Shown here piece by piece: positions 61,501 to 64,000 of a stretch of 64,000 nt of DNA. Within the stretch, counting starts at the first letter, position 1. The number at the start of each line of letters is the position of its first letter. Source of the DNA: Monocercomonoides exilis PA203 (lineage: Eukaryota > Protista > Preaxostyla); assembly GCA_001643675.2 (NCBI GenBank), contig LSRY02000016.1, positions 248,001 to 312,000 on the forward strand, read 5' to 3'. Made by a program: the position numbers and the translations under genes. The notes beneath the pieces were generated by a model, which was given only the letters and a program-made list of their open reading frames with translations, ran no database searches and was not told the origin of the DNA.

Positions 61501-64000
61501 CTTATGCGGCACAGACAGAAGTACATCATCATTCCACCACCACCAAAGAAAAAGAAAGAGAAAAAGAAGGCAGAAGAGGAAGAAGAAGCAGAAGAAGAAG
61601 AGAATAACAAGGTGAAAGGAAAGAAAGCTGCAGCAGGAAAATCGCAAAAGCAGCCAACACGGGGTGGAGACAAAAAGAAAGGAGCATCTGCCTCGTCTTC
61701 AGTGAATGAAAGAGAAGACAGCGAGACAGAGTCGCACGGCAACAGCGAAGAGCAAACACAAAAGCAGCAGCAACAGCAACAAGCACAGCAGTCTGACATC
61801 ATCGCAATCACCTCACCGAATTTCGTGTGCTCCGCGTCAGACTTCCCAACGCTCGGCACAATGCTCTTCCGAACGAACGAGCTGATCGAAGTGTCACGCT
61901 GCGCCATCGACGACCAGATGGAGCAGGACATTGCTGAGAAGAAGCGGATGGAGAAGATGGGAATTGTGCTGTATTCTTCGGGTGCTGGCGGAGCACCCGG
62001 CACTGCCGGTGGTGCGAGAGGTAGCTCAGCCAGGCGAAGTGCATCGGCTGGAAGAGGCTCACGTGCAAGCTCTGCAGCAAGACGGTCCACCACAAAAGGG
62101 CCACTTGCACTGAACTCGCCTGCAACACCGTCTGCTTCTGCCTCTTCGTCTGCTGCGACACCTTCAAGCACTGCATCTGCTGAGAATAACCAGCTCTCTG
62201 GACAGCAGCAACCAAACACGCCTTCATCTCCTGCTGGAGCATCTGGCCTTCGCAGGTCGAATTCGCAGGTGTCGTTTGCTGTGGCAAACTTAGTCACAAA
62301 GGAAGGAATGGGCACAGACGGCAGAGGGAACATCATATCAATCCCTGCTGCATCGATGGGAATTGGCAACGTGACTGGAGAATCAGTTCCACACGCCCCT
62401 CCACCCGAAGGCCCTCAGCTGCCAACACTCGAATCAGATGCCAACGACACACCTGTCGCAACCGCTGAGAAGCAAAGCGCTTTTTCACTGAAGAAGGCAA
62501 TCTACACAGACGATATTCTGCGAGAAGCTGATCCATATTACTGGAAAGGTCGGAGTTTTGTACCGTTCCCATGCTCTGCTCCTCCTCTGTTCATATTTGG
62601 GCTGCATCTGATGGACACAACAGCTTCGCTGCCTGACGACCCAGACCAGCTCTTTTTGTCATCTCTTTCTGTACCTGCACCAAAAGCTGTGGAACAAGGA
62701 GCCATTGGCCACCGTGTGGTGATTCTACCTCCTGTGGAATCGATCTACCAGATGGCCACATCCACTCTGTCTGCCATGCACATCTTTGCTGGCCGCAACA
62801 TCCCGAAGTTTGAGTCATTTTTCGTGCCTGATCTCAACTTGCCTGTGCTTCCCAACTGGGATATTGCTCATATGGACTCAGACATCTGTGCCATGCAGGA
62901 GCAGGTGAGAGAGACACTCCGTCTGTCGATGGAGCCACCGCTGCAGCTGAAGTCTCTCTACGATGCAATCCACGAAGAAGTCATTCAAAGAGCAAAGCAG
63001 CCAATGATGAAACTGAAGCCGCATTATATGCTGCTTTCTGGTGCAGGAGGTGCGCAGAAGGAGAAAGGAAAGAAAGAAGGAAAAGGAGATAAAAGTACAA
63101 GAGACAATAAAGGAGACAACGAAGAAGAAGGAAAAGAAGAAGGTGCAAAACAAGAAGAACGAGAAAGGGGGAATAACGAAGAAGTTAAAGACGGTAACAA
63201 CAACGAGAATGAGGATGAACCAGAAAAGCCGAAGTATCGTGTTGAAGGAAAGAATAAGATCAGAGGAAGACAGCGGAAGATGAAGAAGATCACTCAAAAG
63301 GGATCGTCATCATCGACTGCACAGCTGCCAGCAGCTGAACGTGGAAAGGGAGGAAATTCAGGGGCTGGAAAGGACGGAGCAAAAGGCGGAGAAAAAGCAA
63401 AGTCTTCGATAAAGAGGAGCCCATCAAAGGCAAGACTTGGTGGAAGGAAAGTTGGAGCAAGCGGAAATGCTCTGCAAAAAGATAAAGACAACAAAGAAGA
63501 TGGTGAAGGAGAAAAGGAAGGAGGAGAGGAGGAGGAGGAAGAAGAAGATATTTACGAGTACGAAGATGAGAACGGACGTTTCCCAGGTGAATCAGAATTG
63601 GATGCGTTGGAAAGGCATCTTCAGGAAGAAATGAAAGATCTTGAAGTGGAGATCCAGCGCTTGGAAGATCTGAACCAGCGTATTCGCACATTGACTGAGG
63701 ATGTGGTGCCTTGTGGAATGATGGCTGTGAACACAGTTGCTGTGAAGGACAAGCTGTGTGAGGTTGTTCAGGGAATGTTGAAAAAGATGCTTGACAGAAT
63801 ATTGAAACAGGTGAACAAGAACAATGAAACAACACTGAAGCGCTTCCAGACACTTACTGAAATGGCTGGGAAGAAGCCATCAAATGTGGAGGAGCTGTTT
63901 GAGTTGCTGAATGAGAAAGACAACAGCGATGCTGAAATTCCTCGTTTGGAGCACGAAATCGCTCGCTCGTTTGCTGTTCTTGAGCTTCTATCGAAGCGGA
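58598..64000 (+). CDS. Axonemal inner-arm dynein heavy chain, DNAH1-like, N-terminal tail (3' part outside window)
   Basis: Spliced: LPLEMFDEEE, WRPCTVLHYDDTERTYLIQWD, KFVRRLNLFFEGEDPDLFEDRIRHAKELRAQMEAQMRLHTFIDS, and at the edge GMMAVNTVAVKDKL...KKPSNVEEL. These resemble the DNAH1 tail as recalled. Large exon from 60305 runs to the window end; the motor domain is not visible. Confidence 0.8.

Noticed and set aside
61464-62369. 301-aa minus-strand ORF
   Set aside because: Antisense to a low-complexity insertion in the dynein heavy-chain exon.
1-64000. tRNA, rRNA or other structured RNA genes
   Set aside because: None recognised by eye; a covariance-model search would be needed to exclude small ncRNAs.

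Overview
Eukaryotic, intron-containing genomic DNA in the standard genetic code: AT-rich spacers and introns, GC-richer exons with many poly-Ser/poly-Glu runs. The gene families and style suggest an oxymonad such as Monocercomonoides (inference). Host genes in order: multi-RRM protein (runs off the left edge), PCH2/TRIP13, LRR-PP2C phosphatase, RPB11, PHO88/SND3-like, SEC22, a ~4,100-aa beta-helix receptor-like pseudokinase split by one frameshift, NAXD, BCH-RhoGAP, a CK1/TTBK kinase ending in CaaX, a PTB-like protein, a lineage-specific helical protein, and a DNAH1-like dynein heavy chain (runs off the right edge). Four gene pairs are head-to-head with very short spacers. The most unusual structure is a 4.6-kb palindromic element (52026-56631). 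It has 916-bp apparently identical inverted arms, each holding a TA-targeting Tc1/mariner-type MITE. The arms enclose a decayed viral/plasmid-type primase-polymerase + SF3 helicase gene. The element sits in a nest of other foldback elements, and a second near-perfect foldback lies at about 20.4-21.4 kb. All alignments and translations beyond the ORF track were done by eye.
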